Assembly: GCA_007280935.1 (NCBI GenBank)
Contig: QYQK01000012.1
Coordinates: 1,022 to 65,021 of the forward strand
Reading direction: 5' to 3'
Source of the DNA: Opitutales bacterium
GTDB taxonomy: Bacteria > Verrucomicrobiota > Verrucomicrobiia > Opitutales > UBA953
DNA length: 64,000 nt
Positions 38,591-49,633 of the stretch are shown one piece after another. Each line of letters starts with the position of its first letter. Within the stretch, counting starts at the first letter, position 1. The notes beneath the pieces are model-generated. The model did not search any database. It was not told the origin of the DNA and worked only from the letters and a program-made list of their open reading frames with translations. A program made the position numbers and the translations under genes.

Positions 38591-38617
38591 GGAAATCGTT
38601 ACCGTTGAACGCTGCGC

Positions 38618-40306
38618 TTAATCTGCGTCCGTAATCGCGCCGTCCGAGGCCGAGGAGACGAGCTTGGCGTACTTGGCCAAAGCTCCGCGCGTTTCTTTGG
38701 GCGGGGAAGGTTTCCAGGACTTCAAGCGGCGGGCGATTTCATCCGCCGGAACAACGAGGTTGATCTCATTCTTTTCCGCGTCGATGACGATACTGTCGCC
38801 GTTCTGGACGATCGCGAGTGCACCGCCGACGGCCGCTTCCGGCGTGATGTGCCCGACGACGAAGCCGTGGCTTCCGCCGGAGAATCGACCATCGGTGATC
38901 AAAGCCACCGTTTTGCCTAGTCCTTTGCCCATCACGGCGCTGGTCGGCCCAAGCATCTCGCGCATGCCAGGTCCGCCTTTAGGCCCTTCATTGCGGATGA
39001 CAATAACGTGACCGTCTTTTACTTCGCCGTCGAGAATGCCGCGCAAGGATCCTTCTTCGGATTCGTAGACGATGGCCTTGCCGGTGAAATTATTCCCTTC
39101 TTTGCCTGAGATCTTGGCGACCGAGCCTTCGGGCGCGAGGTTGCCGCGCAAGATGCGGAGATGGCTGTTGGCCTTAATCGGGTTCGATAAGGGGCGGACG
39201 ACGTCTTGGTCTTGCGCATAACTCCCGACGTTCGCTAGATTTTCAGCGACGGTTTTTCCGGTGACGGTCATGCAGTGCCCGTGCAGCAAGCCGGCATCGA
39301 GCAGCATTTTTAATAGGGGCTGCAGCCCGCCGATCCGCACGAAGTGTGCCATATTATATTTACCGCTGGGCTTGAGGTCGGCCAAGACCGGCACTTTGCG
39401 CCCAACGCGTTCGAAGTCGGCGAGGCTTAATTTGATGCCGGCCGAGTGCGCCATCGCAATCAGATGCAAGACGGCATTGGTCGATCCGCCTAAGGCGATG
39501 ACGACGCTGATGGCATTTTCAAAGGCCGCCATGGAGAGGATATCGGAAGGGCGGATATTGCGTTTGAGCAATTCCAGAACGGCTTTACCAGCGCGTTCGC
39601 AGTCGGCTAACTTATCTTTGGAGTTAGCGAGCTGCGCGGAGCTGTCCGGCAGGCTAAGGCCGAGGGCTTCAATCGCAGACGCCATCGTGTTTGCGGTATA
39701 CATCCCCCCACACGAACCTTCTCCTGGGATGGAACAGGTTTCGATTTCCTTGAGCTCAGCCTCGCCGATTTGCTTGCCGGCATATTTTCCGACGGCTTCG
39801 AAAACGGTAACGATATCGGCGGATTGTCCGCGATGCAGTCCTGGTACGATGGTTCCGCCGTACACAAAGACGGAGGGGCGATTAAGCCGGGCCATGGCCA
39901 TAACGCAGCCCGGCATATTTTTATCGCAGCCGCCGATGGTGACCAGCCCATCGAAGCCTTCGGCGCTGGTGACGGCCTCGACGGAGTCCGCGATGATCTC
40001 GCGGGAGACGAGCGAATAACGCATGCCCGGGGTGCCCATGGAAATACCGTCCGAGACGGTGATGGTGCAAAAGATGATGGCCTTGCCGCCCGCTTCGTCG
40101 GCCCCCTTGGCCGCTTGGGTGGCCAGGCGGTCGATGTGCATATTGCACGGGGTGACCATCGACCACGTGGAGGCAATCCCCACGATGGGCTTATGAAAGT
40201 CCGCATCGGTGAAGCCTACGGCCCGCAGCATAGCTCGGCTGGGTGCGCGGTCGGGGCCGTCGACAACGATGGCTGAGTGGTGGCGGGTGGAATGGGCGTC
40301 GGTCAT
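38618..40306 (-). CDS. ilvD: Dihydroxy-acid dehydratase
   Basis: Motifs TPCNMH, SDGISMG, GGCDKNMPG, CGGMYTANTM and TDGRFSG. Confidence 0.97.
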   Translation of the reverse strand: MTDAHSTRHHSAIVVDGPDRAPSRAMLRAVGFTDADFHKPIVGIASTWSMVTPCNMHIDRLATQAAKGADEAGGKAIIFCTITVSDGISMGTPGMRYSLVSREIIADSVEAVTSAEGFDGLVTIGGCDKNMPGCVMAMARLNRPSVFVYGGTIVPGLHRGQSADIVTVFEAVGKYAGKQIGEAELKEIETCSIPGEGSCGGMYTANTMASAIEALGLSLPDSSAQLANSKDKLADCERAGKAVLELLKRNIRPSDILSMAAFENAISVVIALGGSTNAVLHLIAMAHSAGIKLSLADFERVGRKVPVLADLKPSGKYNMAHFVRIGGLQPLLKMLLDAGLLHGHCMTVTGKTVAENLANVGSYAQDQDVVRPLSNPIKANSHLRILRGNLAPEGSVAKISGKEGNNFTGKAIVYESEEGSLRGILDGEVKDGHVIVIRNEGPKGGPGMREMLGPTSAVMGKGLGKTVALITDGRFSGGSHGFVVGHITPEAAVGGALAIVQNGDSIVIDAEKNEINLVVPADEIARRLKSWKPSPPKETRGALAKYAKLVSSASDGAITDAD

Positions 40307-40420
40307 GGGTGTGAAAAGTCTGCGGTTGTCAGTCGGTTATTGCCCCCTAATAAAAGGGTAGGGAGCGGACATTGAGCCGCACTTACCCTGCCGACAACCC
40401 GATTTAAAAACCTCCTTCCC

Positions 40421-41188
40421 GTGGAATTCAATCTTAAGAAAGTTATCAAGGCGCTCCTGTTCTCGACCTCGGAGGCGGTGTCCATCAAGGACATCCAGAA
40501 GGTCGTGCACCGGTACCACGCCCAAGCGGCCCCGATTAATCCCGAGGAGCGTCCCGAGGGTCAGCCCGAAACGGCCGCAGTTGCTCCTGTCCAAGAGATC
40601 ATCCAAGACATCATCGACCAAGTGCCTACTTTGCTTACGGCTACTCAGATTCGCGAGGCCGTCGATGCCTTGGAGGTCGAGATGCGTGAGGCCAATGATT
40701 CCTGTCGCATCTTGCAAGGGCCTGAAGGCTTTCGCTTGGTGATCTCTCCCGCCTATGCCGATTGGGTGCGTCTGCTTCGTGGGGAACCTCGCCCGCAACG
40801 CCTAAGTCCGGCGGCGCTCGAAACGCTTTCCATCGTGGCTTACCGCCAACCGGTGACACGTTCCGAGATGGAGGCCATACGCGGCGTTTCGATCGACAGT
40901 GCTTTGACGCGACTTTTAGAACTCGAGCTGGTCGCCGTGACGGGTCGGGCCGAACTTCCCGGCCGTCCGATTCAATACGGCACGACCGACCACTTCCTTG
41001 ATTTCACCGGCCTGCGTTCTTTGGGCGAATTGCCTGCTTCGGACGTGCTGTCTCCTGCTCAGATTTCGGAATGGATCACGCGGGCGACGACGCCGGTCAA
41101 TGTCGGCGATGCTGAGATGGGCTTGCCTTTGGACGATCAATCCTCCGCCGCGGTCGCCACCGAAGAACCTCCGCCCCCGGTCGCATGA
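40421..41188 (+). CDS. scpB: SMC-Scp complex subunit ScpB
   Basis: LSPAALETLSIVAYRQPVTRSEMEAIRGV and GRPIQYGTT. Confidence 0.93.
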   Translation: MEFNLKKVIKALLFSTSEAVSIKDIQKVVHRYHAQAAPINPEERPEGQPETAAVAPVQEIIQDIIDQVPTLLTATQIREAVDALEVEMREANDSCRILQGPEGFRLVISPAYADWVRLLRGEPRPQRLSPAALETLSIVAYRQPVTRSEMEAIRGVSIDSALTRLLELELVAVTGRAELPGRPIQYGTTDHFLDFTGLRSLGELPASDVLSPAQISEWITRATTPVNVGDAEMGLPLDDQSSAAVATEEPPPPVA

Positions 41189-42252
41189 GTTTGGAAAACC
41201 ATCGTCGGGAGGTCGATCGTATCGATCGGGAGATTTTACAGCTCATCGGGCAGCGGTTGAATGTCGCTAAGTCCATCGGCGAAGCTAAGCAAAAAACCGG
41301 TGCGGCCGTCTATTCTCCGCAACGCGAAGAGCAACTGCTCCGCTCTTTAACCGAGGCCGCTCCGGGAATCCCTGCCTCAGGCTTGCGGGCGATTTACCGC
41401 GAAATCATCTCACTCTCCATTGGGGCGCAGATGGCCAAGCCAGTGGCTTACCTCGGCCCCGAAGGCTCTTTCACGCAACAAGCCGAAGTCAGGGCGTTTG
41501 GCTCCAGCGTCCCGTCGCTGCCCCTGCGCACCATCGCCGATATTTTTGCCGCCGTTGAATCCGGCGAGGCGACTTACGGCGTCGTTCCGGTGGAGAATTC
41601 TACCGAGGGCGTGGTCAGTCATTCACTCGATCTTTTGGCTGAGTCCGAACTAAAGGTGGTCGCGCAGGTGACCCTTTCGGTCGAGCAATGCCTGGTCGGA
41701 CATGGCACCTTAGCCGATATCACCCACGTCCTGTCTAAGGATATCGCGTTGGCGCAATGCCGCGGCTGGCTCTCGCGTCACCTGCCGAATGCGGTCCTGG
41801 TGGAGACGGATAGCACGGCGGCAGCGGTAGAGAAAGTCGCCCGTGAACCCAAAGGCCAGGCGGCCGTCGCTTCTTCTTCCGCCGCGGAGTCTCGCGGAGT
41901 GCCTATTCTCTCTCGTGGAATCCAAGATCGCCGCGATAATGCGACCCGCTTCTTCATCATCGGTCAGGGTGCCAATCCGCCAGGTGATACGCCGGAAGTG
42001 ACGAGCGTGGTGTTAACTTTGAAACATGAGCCTGGCTCATTGCAGGGAGCACTTAGTGCTTTTTCAGACCGCGGCATCAATCTAATCCGGATCGAATCTC
42101 GGCCAAGTCGTCGGCAGGCCTGGGAGTACCAATTCTTCATTGATTTTCCAGGGCATTGGGACTCTCCGGCGGTGCAAGCCGCCGTGACGGAATTGAAAGG
42201 CCGCTGCGAAGTCGTCAAATGGTTGGGCAGCTACCCGCAATCAGCCGGATGA
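41185..42252 (+). CDS. pheA: Chorismate mutase/prephenate dehydratase
   Basis: CM domain, then YLGPEGSF, PVENSTEG, NATRF, and an ACT domain with IESRPS. Confidence 0.94.
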   Translation: MSLENHRREVDRIDREILQLIGQRLNVAKSIGEAKQKTGAAVYSPQREEQLLRSLTEAAPGIPASGLRAIYREIISLSIGAQMAKPVAYLGPEGSFTQQAEVRAFGSSVPSLPLRTIADIFAAVESGEATYGVVPVENSTEGVVSHSLDLLAESELKVVAQVTLSVEQCLVGHGTLADITHVLSKDIALAQCRGWLSRHLPNAVLVETDSTAAAVEKVAREPKGQAAVASSSAAESRGVPILSRGIQDRRDNATRFFIIGQGANPPGDTPEVTSVVLTLKHEPGSLQGALSAFSDRGINLIRIESRPSRRQAWEYQFFIDFPGHWDSPAVQAAVTELKGRCEVVKWLGSYPQSAG

Positions 42253-43184
42253 GTCGCCGCGCCCTAGGTGGCGTCATTATCACGGTGCTCGCCGTCACCG
42301 TGGGAGCTTCGATTTGGGCCTGGTGGTCCGCGTGGTCCGCCCCTTTGGTCAGCGTGGTCTTTCGCCCGACTTTTTCGGTGGAAGGGATTTCCACTGGCAC
42401 GCCCGTCCGCGTCAAGGGTGTCGTGGTCGGCCAAGTGGTTTCGTTAGGATTACGTTTGGATGCGGAGGGAAGGTTGCGACCCGAGGTCAATCTCACGCTC
42501 GACCCCGCCACGCTCGAAGACCGAGGCTTTGCCGATCGGTTGCGGGGCGATCAATTGCATACCGAGGTCGAGCGTGGCTTGCGCGTCCGCTTGGTGTCGG
42601 TGAATCCGGCCTCTGGATTGTTGCAAGTCGAGTTGGTGTGGGATGCGACCGTGCCACCGCCCTCCCGCCTGGCCCGCCATGAAATCGCCCCTCTGGGTGG
42701 CACGATGCAGGGTGCGATGGAACGCATCGTTAAAGAGTTAGATTGGGTTTCGAGCCGCGACTTTGCGCAGATCGCCGCAGATATGGAAAGCGAGCTGGAT
42801 AATTATTTCCCGAAATCAAACCCCGAGCACGCGGCCCGGTTTTCGGCGGTCTTGGAGAAAAAAACTTTAGCCATCGCTGAAGCGACCGCCCCCGAATCGC
42901 TGGGGGCCAAGGCGGCTGAACTGCAAATCGCTTGCGCCCGCTTGCGTCAGTCGGTCGAAGCGGCTGACCGCACCATGGATGGGGAGTCGCTTGCTCTCCT
43001 GCAGGTCCGTTTGGCCGATGCCGGGGCGGCGATGGCCTCCTTTTCGGCTTCCTTGGAGGGGTCGAAGGCCAAGATGACGGAATCTGCTGCCGAGGTCACG
43101 GGAGTCTTTAAGTCGATTTCAGAATTGGCCCAGGCGTGGTCGAAGAAAGCGCGACGTTTGACGACCGAGCCGCTCCCTCGCTGA
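42249..43184 (+). CDS. MCE/MlaD domain protein
   Basis: N-terminal transmembrane helix, SVEGISTGTPVRVKGVVVGQV (MCE signature), and a helical tail. Confidence 0.8.
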   Translation: MSRRALGGVIITVLAVTVGASIWAWWSAWSAPLVSVVFRPTFSVEGISTGTPVRVKGVVVGQVVSLGLRLDAEGRLRPEVNLTLDPATLEDRGFADRLRGDQLHTEVERGLRVRLVSVNPASGLLQVELVWDATVPPPSRLARHEIAPLGGTMQGAMERIVKELDWVSSRDFAQIAADMESELDNYFPKSNPEHAARFSAVLEKKTLAIAEATAPESLGAKAAELQIACARLRQSVEAADRTMDGESLALLQVRLADAGAAMASFSASLEGSKAKMTESAAEVTGVFKSISELAQAWSKKARRLTTEPLPR

Positions 43185-43235
43185 GGGAACAGGCTTGCGG
43201 CGGACCGTCTGAAAGGGGATAGGTGAAGCCCTCCT

Positions 43236-44738
43236 ATGGCTGACCCGACCGACAAGATGGAATCCATCATCAACCTGTGCAAGCGCCGCGGGTTCGTCTT
43301 TCCTTCCTCCGATATCTATGGAGGGTTTAACGGTTTTTTTGACTACGGCCCCTTGGGCGTCGAATTGAAGAATAATATCAAAAAAGCCTGGTGGCAGGAT
43401 TTCGTCCATCGACGCGATGATATTGTGGGCTTGGATTCCAGCATTATCCATCACCCGACGACGTGGAAGGCCTCCGGCCATATCGAGAATTTCACCGACC
43501 CGTTAGTCGATTGTAAGGAGTCCAAGATGCGTTACCGGGCGGACCAACTTTTCTTCGCCCCCGTGCGCGTGGGCGGCGAGACGATTGGTTACGTTTCCGT
43601 CCTCGAAGATGACGGTATGCAGGCCAAGGCCGAAGAGATGGCCCATGATATGAAACGCAAGTTAGCCAAGCAAGGGGCGCTCGAGCCTTTGGTGCTGAAA
43701 GATTATACCGAGGCCAAGCCGGAAGAGCACGCCCTCGTGCCGTCGCCGGCCACCGGTAAGCCGGGCTCACTCACGCCTCCCCGCTCGTTCAACATGATGT
43801 TCCAGACTTATGTGGGGGCGATGCAGGATGCTTCGGCCATCGCCTTCTTACGTCCCGAAACCGCCCAAGGGATTTTTATCAATTTCAAGAATGTTGTCGA
43901 TACGGGCCGGGTGAAGGTACCATTCGGTATCGCCCAAATCGGGAAGGCTTTTCGTAATGAGATTAACCCGCGTAATTTCATCTTCCGTTCCCGCGAGTTC
44001 GAACAGATGGAAATCGAATATTTCATCTCCCCGTCGGCGGACTGGGAAGTCGCCCACAAAGATTGGATCGAAGGCTGTCTGGCTTGGTTCGAATCGATTG
44101 GGATTCCGCGGGCGAAGCTGTCCCTTTACCCGCACCCCCAGGAAAAGTTGGCCCACTATTCGAAGGGGACGACGGACATCATGTTCGAGTTTCCTTTCGG
44201 CGTCCAAGAGCTACAAGGCGTCGCCGCTCGCGGTGATTTCGACTTAACCCAGCACAGCACAGTCTCAGGCCAGAAGCTTGATTGGTTCGATGAATTGGCT
44301 AAGTCCCGATTTATTCCCCATGTGATCGAACCGTCTGTCGGCGTCGACCGAGTTTTCCTGGCCTTGCTGACTACCGCTTATCATGAAGATGAGATTGAAG
44401 GCGAAAAGCGCGTGGTCTTGCGGCTGCCTCCGCGGGTCGCGCCTTTCAAGGCCGCGATTTTCCCGCTCGTTAAGAATAAGCCGGAGCTCGTCGAGCGGGC
44501 CGAAGCCTTGTATCGCCGGCTTAAGAAGCGATTTAATGTCTTCTACGATTCCGCCGGCGCCATCGGCCGGCGCTACCGTCGCCAAGACGAAATTGGCACG
44601 CCTTATGGCATCACCATCGATTTTGAGACCATCGAGAAAGACGCCGGCGTGACGGTCCGCGACCGCGATACGCTGGTGCAGGTGCGGATGACCGAAGACG
44701 AATTGGTACGCTTCTTGGACGAGAAAGTTAACGGGTAA
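43236..44738 (+). CDS. glyQS: Glycine--tRNA ligase (alpha2 type)
   Basis: Motifs [35 protein letters not shown] and [14 protein letters not shown]. Confidence 0.97.
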   Translation: MADPTDKMESIINLCKRRGFVFPSSDIYGGFNGFFDYGPLGVELKNNIKKAWWQDFVHRRDDIVGLDSSIIHHPTTWKASGHIENFTDPLVDCKESKMRYRADQLFFAPVRVGGETIGYVSVLEDDGMQAKAEEMAHDMKRKLAKQGALEPLVLKDYTEAKPEEHALVPSPATGKPGSLTPPRSFNMMFQTYVGAMQDASAIAFLRPETAQGIFINFKNVVDTGRVKVPFGIAQIGKAFRNEINPRNFIFRSREFEQMEIEYFISPSADWEVAHKDWIEGCLAWFESIGIPRAKLSLYPHPQEKLAHYSKGTTDIMFEFPFGVQELQGVAARGDFDLTQHSTVSGQKLDWFDELAKSRFIPHVIEPSVGVDRVFLALLTTAYHEDEIEGEKRVVLRLPPRVAPFKAAIFPLVKNKPELVERAEALYRRLKKRFNVFYDSAGAIGRRYRRQDEIGTPYGITIDFETIEKDAGVTVRDRDTLVQVRMTEDELVRFLDEKVNG

Positions 44739-46416
44739 CCGTTAAGCTATATTCCAGGTCGCTCGCCAATCCTGCCAATCTCCGGCGGCCACACAGGCTG
44801 GCGGCGATGGCAAGGTTATGTAAGCCCTGCGGCAGGTGCGCCAAGTATTCCGGGCGACCCTTCTTAGTCCCGAGGAATCCGTAGGCGCCGCAGGCCTGCA
44901 GAAGACGTTGCGTCGCCGCCACGTGCAAGAGGTGCGTGAATTCATCTCGCGAACCTTTCCAGTCCGAAGCTTCGCGCGCATGGTCCTCGATTTCGACCCG
45001 CCAGAGATCCATGTCCTTGCGGGTAAGATAAGGGTCATAGGCGAGCGAGGCGAAGTCATAGAAGGCGCAACCTTTGCGCATGCCCTGGAAATCGATAAGC
45101 CAAGCCGCGTCATCGCGGACCAGGATGTTCTGGGATTGGAAGTCACGATGGACGGCGACCGGCGGCTGGCCGAGCAGTTCCCGAGCCAGTGATTCCATTT
45201 CCTGGAGGACGCTCCGGTCGAATTTCTTTCCAGCCAAGACGTTATCTTGGAAGTATTGCCGCTCCCATTGATAAAGGGCGGGGGAGAAGGGCTCCATGAG
45301 TGTGATGCCCGCGTTGGTGGCGGCTTCGAGTCCGAGCTGGTGGATTTTGACGACTTGTTCGATGGCAGAGCCAAAGGCGGACCACGGGAAGCCCGGCCCC
45401 TGGGACAGCGACCAAAGGTCATCCGAGCCAAGATCTTCAAGCAGAAGGATTCCGCGATCATGGTCTTCCGCGATGACGGTTGGGACGTTGACGGCGGCTT
45501 GGCCGAGTAAGGCGTGCGCGATGCTGCCGTAGATCAGATTTTCAGGTCGGCTATCATCGTACACGCAAAGAATGGCTTCTTTGCCGGCAGAATTCGAGAC
45601 GCGATGAAATTTACGTCCCGAACCTCCCTTGAGCATCTTGCCTCCGTCTACTAAGCTGTAACCGAGATGGGTGGCGGCTTCGGCCGGTGTTAACGCGCCC
45701 CGGACCGGTTTTTCAAGTTGGGCCTTGATGGTGTTGTATTCTTCGATGGTCCCGAGATCGTGCCAGTGAGGCGATGAATCCAAATAAGCTTGGATACTTT
45801 CAGGCTGGGCGGGGATCTTACGCAAAAAGTGCTCAACGATGGACTCGATAGCGGGCGGAATACCTTGAGCAAAAGCTCGGGTCACGATGCAGATACCGGT
45901 GTATTGATAAGCGCGATCGGTTTTTCCGAGCCGATCGCGTAAGTCGGTGACCCTACCTTCGTCGGTCACGCGGACATTGCAGTTAGGCCCTTGCGCCCGT
46001 ACGACCAGGGTGGCCTCAGCCCCATCTCCTTGGTGGTGGGCGTAGGCTTCGCTGACATTGCAGCTCGATAAGATATCTCCATTCCAGATGACCAAATCGC
46101 TCTCATCCTCAGCCAGGAGCGCCGCAATGTTGGCCAGACCTCCGCCTGTCTCGAGTAGCGTGGGTTCAAAGACGAATTTTACTTCGGCCCCGCCATAGGT
46201 GTTGGCCGGAAAAGCGGAATTCCATGCCGCTGGGCAATGGTGAGTGTTGATGATGAATCTCCGTGTGCCCGCCGCGATGAGGCGATCCATCGCCTGCATC
46301 ACCATGGGCTTGCCCGCGAGGGGGAGTAAAGGTTTGGGGCAACTTTCGGTGAGAGGCCGAAGGCGGGTGCCGAGTCCGGCACCGAGGATGAAAGCCGACC
46401 GGGGAAAGTTAGGCAT
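44728..46416 (-). CDS. Fused MurU-like nucleotidyltransferase and AmgK-like (APH-family) sugar kinase
   Basis: N-terminus has [19 protein letters not shown] and LETGGG. C-terminus has [24 protein letters not shown] and IDFQG. Confidence 0.82.
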   Translation of the reverse strand: MPNFPRSAFILGAGLGTRLRPLTESCPKPLLPLAGKPMVMQAMDRLIAAGTRRFIINTHHCPAAWNSAFPANTYGGAEVKFVFEPTLLETGGGLANIAALLAEDESDLVIWNGDILSSCNVSEAYAHHQGDGAEATLVVRAQGPNCNVRVTDEGRVTDLRDRLGKTDRAYQYTGICIVTRAFAQGIPPAIESIVEHFLRKIPAQPESIQAYLDSSPHWHDLGTIEEYNTIKAQLEKPVRGALTPAEAATHLGYSLVDGGKMLKGGSGRKFHRVSNSAGKEAILCVYDDSRPENLIYGSIAHALLGQAAVNVPTVIAEDHDRGILLLEDLGSDDLWSLSQGPGFPWSAFGSAIEQVVKIHQLGLEAATNAGITLMEPFSPALYQWERQYFQDNVLAGKKFDRSVLQEMESLARELLGQPPVAVHRDFQSQNILVRDDAAWLIDFQGMRKGCAFYDFASLAYDPYLTRKDMDLWRVEIEDHAREASDWKGSRDEFTHLLHVAATQRLLQACGAYGFLGTKKGRPEYLAHLPQGLHNLAIAASLCGRRRLAGLASDLEYSLTVTR

Positions 46417-46885
46417 GAGCGGTTAGGTTGCAGGTGGGGCAGATGCCGTAGATTTCCATGATGTGAGTAAGGTCGGAGAAGCCGCTGCTACGAGCCGCGC
46501 TTTCGAGCCGCGAAGTGTCACAGCCCGGAAGTCGATCGATGCGGCCACAACGGCGGCAGATGATATGGTGATGGTGGTGGCCGGCCGCGATGAGGGCATA
46601 AAGGCTACGACCTCTTTCCAGGGGGTGCCGTTGGACGATGCCCGCCTCATCGAGGGCTTCGAGGCCACGATAGACCGTGACAAGGTCGAGGGCGCCATCG
46701 CCGGCCGAAGAATGGATTTCTTCGGCGCTGAGAGGGCCCTTGGCTTCCGCGAGGACCTTTAGCATGGCCAGACGAGGGGTCGTCACACGAAGGGATTTTT
46801 CCTTCATGCGGCCAACGGCTGCTTCGATGCGGGTATGGGGACCTTCTCCGCAGCAGCCTTCTTCGTGGCGGTGACCTTGAGGCAT
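46409..46885 (-). CDS. Fur-family transcriptional regulator (Zur-like)
   Basis: Motifs [24 protein letters not shown] and GICPTC. Confidence 0.9.
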   Translation of the reverse strand: MPQGHRHEEGCCGEGPHTRIEAAVGRMKEKSLRVTTPRLAMLKVLAEAKGPLSAEEIHSSAGDGALDLVTVYRGLEALDEAGIVQRHPLERGRSLYALIAAGHHHHHIICRRCGRIDRLPGCDTSRLESAARSSGFSDLTHIMEIYGICPTCNLTAHA

Positions 46886-46973
46886 GGCCTACAGGTTTGG
46901 GGGCGTTTATGACGTGGCAACACCGAATGGCCACTTGCCTCCCGTCCGGGTCTGGTTTGGCTGTCTTACGTCC

Positions 46974-48101
46974 ATGTCCGACTGTTCTGCCAAGCCTTCG
47001 GCCCCAAGCCGTGAACTCTGCCCGGTGGCCTACGCCGATTTCAAGTCGGTCGATAGCTTTCCGTTAGAGCTGGGTGGTGAATTGCCCGCCCTCAGTCTTC
47101 GTTACGAAACCTATGGGACTTTGCTCCCCGATAAATCCAATGCGATCTTAGTGCCTCATGCCCTGAGCGGGGATCACCACGTGGCGGGCCGTTATCTTCC
47201 AGATGATACGAAGCCCGGATGGTGGGATTGTTTTGTCGGCCCAGGCAAGGCCATCGACACCGACCGCTTTTATGTCATCGGCATTAATTGCATCGGTGGC
47301 TGTCAGGGTTCGACTGGGCCGATTTCCATCGATCCGCGTACGGGTAAGGCCTACGGCGGTTTTTTCCCGGAAATCACCTTGGGCGATATCGTCCGAGCTC
47401 AACGCTTGGTCATCCAGCATCTTGGCATCAAGAAACTGCATGCAGTGGTCGGCGGTTCAATGGGCGGCATGCAGGCATTAATTTGGTGCGCAGACTATCC
47501 CGCCGAGGTGGGTCGCATCGCCGTGTTGGCGGCAGGCTTGAGTCAATCGCCGATGGCGATAGCTTTGAACGCAGTTTCCCGTGCCTGCGTGGAAACGGAT
47601 CCGAATTTTTGCGGCGGCCATTACGCCCCCGGGGAAGGGCCCGTCTCGGGCCTGGCAGTGGGCCGGATGCTCGCCCATATTAGTTACCTTTCTTCCGCTT
47701 CTTTTGAACAGAAATTCGGCCGGGCCCGCGTGCTCGGCGCCCAGCCCAACAATCCAGTCTTCTGGCAGGTCGAAAGCTACCTCGAACATCAAGGGCAGTC
47801 TTTCGTGAAGCGCTTCGATGCTAATAGTTGGCTGCGGATTACGAGGGCGGTCGACCGTTTTGACATGACGGCCCGAGCCGCCGCCGGGTCGCTTTTCTGC
47901 GCCCATGGTCCGGATGTGCTCGCCATCGGTTTTTCGAGCGACTGGCTCTATCCTACGAGTGAGCTGCGGATGCTTTTAGCCGCCGCGACCGCCGTCGGCG
48001 TCAACGCGGCCTACCACGAGGTGATCACGGATGCCGGCCACGATGGCTTCCTGCTTCCTGATACCGGGCTGACCGTTCGTCTCCACGCCTTCCTGGGCTG
48101 A
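46974..48101 (+). CDS. metX: Homoserine O-acyltransferase (MetX family)
   Basis: Motifs HALSG, GWWD, GGSMGGM, RFDAN and GHDGFL. Confidence 0.92.
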   Translation: MSDCSAKPSAPSRELCPVAYADFKSVDSFPLELGGELPALSLRYETYGTLLPDKSNAILVPHALSGDHHVAGRYLPDDTKPGWWDCFVGPGKAIDTDRFYVIGINCIGGCQGSTGPISIDPRTGKAYGGFFPEITLGDIVRAQRLVIQHLGIKKLHAVVGGSMGGMQALIWCADYPAEVGRIAVLAAGLSQSPMAIALNAVSRACVETDPNFCGGHYAPGEGPVSGLAVGRMLAHISYLSSASFEQKFGRARVLGAQPNNPVFWQVESYLEHQGQSFVKRFDANSWLRITRAVDRFDMTARAAAGSLFCAHGPDVLAIGFSSDWLYPTSELRMLLAAATAVGVNAAYHEVITDAGHDGFLLPDTGLTVRLHAFLG

Positions 48102-49547
48102 TCAAAGCCAAGGGGCCAGGACTTTGGAGATACTTTCCACCGTGCGCCCCAGCCGCGTTCGGCTTTGGCGATAAAGGTCTTCGGAGTAATGAGACGATTC
48201 GACCTCCCATGAGCCTATCAGGGCGTTGACCGTTTCGATCGCCGCTGGGTCGCGGACCACGGCACCGATTTCATAATTCAAGAACAGCGAGCGCATGTCG
48301 AGGTTGGCTGAACCGACGACCAGGTGCGCGTCATCCACGATGACGAGTTTCGCGTGCAAGACATCCGGCTTAAAAAATAAAATATCAGCCCCCGCGTCGC
48401 GTAACATCCGCAGGTACCATCGTCGGGCGAGATCGAGTAGCCGATGGTCTGATCGGCGAGGTACCATGATTCGCACGTGACGGCCGGCTTGGGCGGCGGT
48501 GACGAGTAGGGAGAAGAGCACGCGGTCCGGCACGAAGTAAGGCGTGACGATAGTGATCGAGCGCTTGCAGTTCGAAAACAACTGGACGTAAGCATCCCAA
48601 AGCGGATCCTGTTCGCAATCGGGTCCCGAGGCGATGATGGCGACCCGGGCTTGGCCAACGGGGCGTGGTCGTTCGCGGAGCTGAGTCGCAAAATTCATGG
48701 GAGGTTCGTCCGTCGCTTGGCACCAATCAGCGATAAAGATGCGTTCGATCGAAGCGGCCGTCGGGCCTTCGATGCTGAACGAGCAATCGCGGAAGCGTCG
48801 ATTCGAAGGGGATTCGCCCATGTACTTCAACCCAAGATTTTGCCCGCCAATGATGGCGGTCGTGCCGTCAAAAACCGCGATCTTACGATGGTTGCGCCAA
48901 TTCGCCGAACCTTTGCCGCGCATGGGTAGTGCGGGGTTAAAGCGAGCGATTTGTCCGCCGGCTCGATGGAGTGGCCGGCAGAGTGTCAGCGGTATGCCCC
49001 AACTTCCGATGGCGTCGACCAAGAGGCGCACTTCGATGCCGGCCTTGGCGCGGGCGGCGAGGAGGCTCACGATTTCGCGCCCGACGGCGTCGTTGCTCAA
49101 AATGTAAGTAGAGATGTAGATTCGCTTTTGCGCGCCGCGGATTTGAGTCCGTAAGGCTTCAAGGGTGTCGCGCCCATGGCGATCACCGAGGAGACGAAAA
49201 TTATTGCCGCCGAAATCCGGCTCTTCGCTCAGCCGCCAAGCCACCCGGTTCACTTCTTTTTTTGCATCCGCCAGCGACGAATGCTTCCGGCCCCCAAAGA
49301 GGTAGATAATCAGCGCGGTGATGATCGGGAAAAAGTATGCCAGCGGCCCCCAAAGTAGTAGATAGGCTGGGGAGACGCGGGCCCGCATTATGCGCAGTAG
49401 TACGTAGACTTGGCAACCAGTGCGCAGCGCTGTCATCGCCCCGTCGGAAATGAGCTGGGTCCATTCCGCGATCAGTACGACCACGGTCGTCAGTAGCGCC
49501 AGCGTCGAGCTGCGGGTCAGACGACCGTATCCCTGGAAAGGATCCAT
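48102..49547 (-). CDS. cls: Cardiolipin synthase (PLD family)
   Basis: Two HKD motifs (NHRKIAVFD, LHAKLVIVD), SGPD and TPYFVP. Confidence 0.9.
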   Translation of the reverse strand: MDPFQGYGRLTRSSTLALLTTVVVLIAEWTQLISDGAMTALRTGCQVYVLLRIMRARVSPAYLLLWGPLAYFFPIITALIIYLFGGRKHSSLADAKKEVNRVAWRLSEEPDFGGNNFRLLGDRHGRDTLEALRTQIRGAQKRIYISTYILSNDAVGREIVSLLAARAKAGIEVRLLVDAIGSWGIPLTLCRPLHRAGGQIARFNPALPMRGKGSANWRNHRKIAVFDGTTAIIGGQNLGLKYMGESPSNRRFRDCSFSIEGPTAASIERIFIADWCQATDEPPMNFATQLRERPRPVGQARVAIIASGPDCEQDPLWDAYVQLFSNCKRSITIVTPYFVPDRVLFSLLVTAAQAGRHVRIMVPRRSDHRLLDLARRWYLRMLRDAGADILFFKPDVLHAKLVIVDDAHLVVGSANLDMRSLFLNYEIGAVVRDPAAIETVNALIGSWEVESSHYSEDLYRQSRTRLGRTVESISKVLAPWL

Positions 49548-49582
49548 TCCTGCACGATAGACGTTACGTGGCCTATGGGTAC

Positions 49583-49610
49583 AAAAAAAGACCCCGGTTG
49601 CCCGGGGTCT
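49583..49610 (-). terminator. Rho-independent terminator after rpsA
   Basis: AGACCCCGG-ttgc-CCGGGGTCT hairpin with an A7 run (U-tract on the minus strand). Confidence 0.85.
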
Positions 49611-49633
49611 GATTCGTTGGACTAAGAGGGTTC

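Noticed and set aside
46886..46973. Possible SAM riboswitch upstream of metX
   Set aside because: The gap is only 88 bp, is occupied by two divergent promoter-like elements, and has no recognisable aptamer core.
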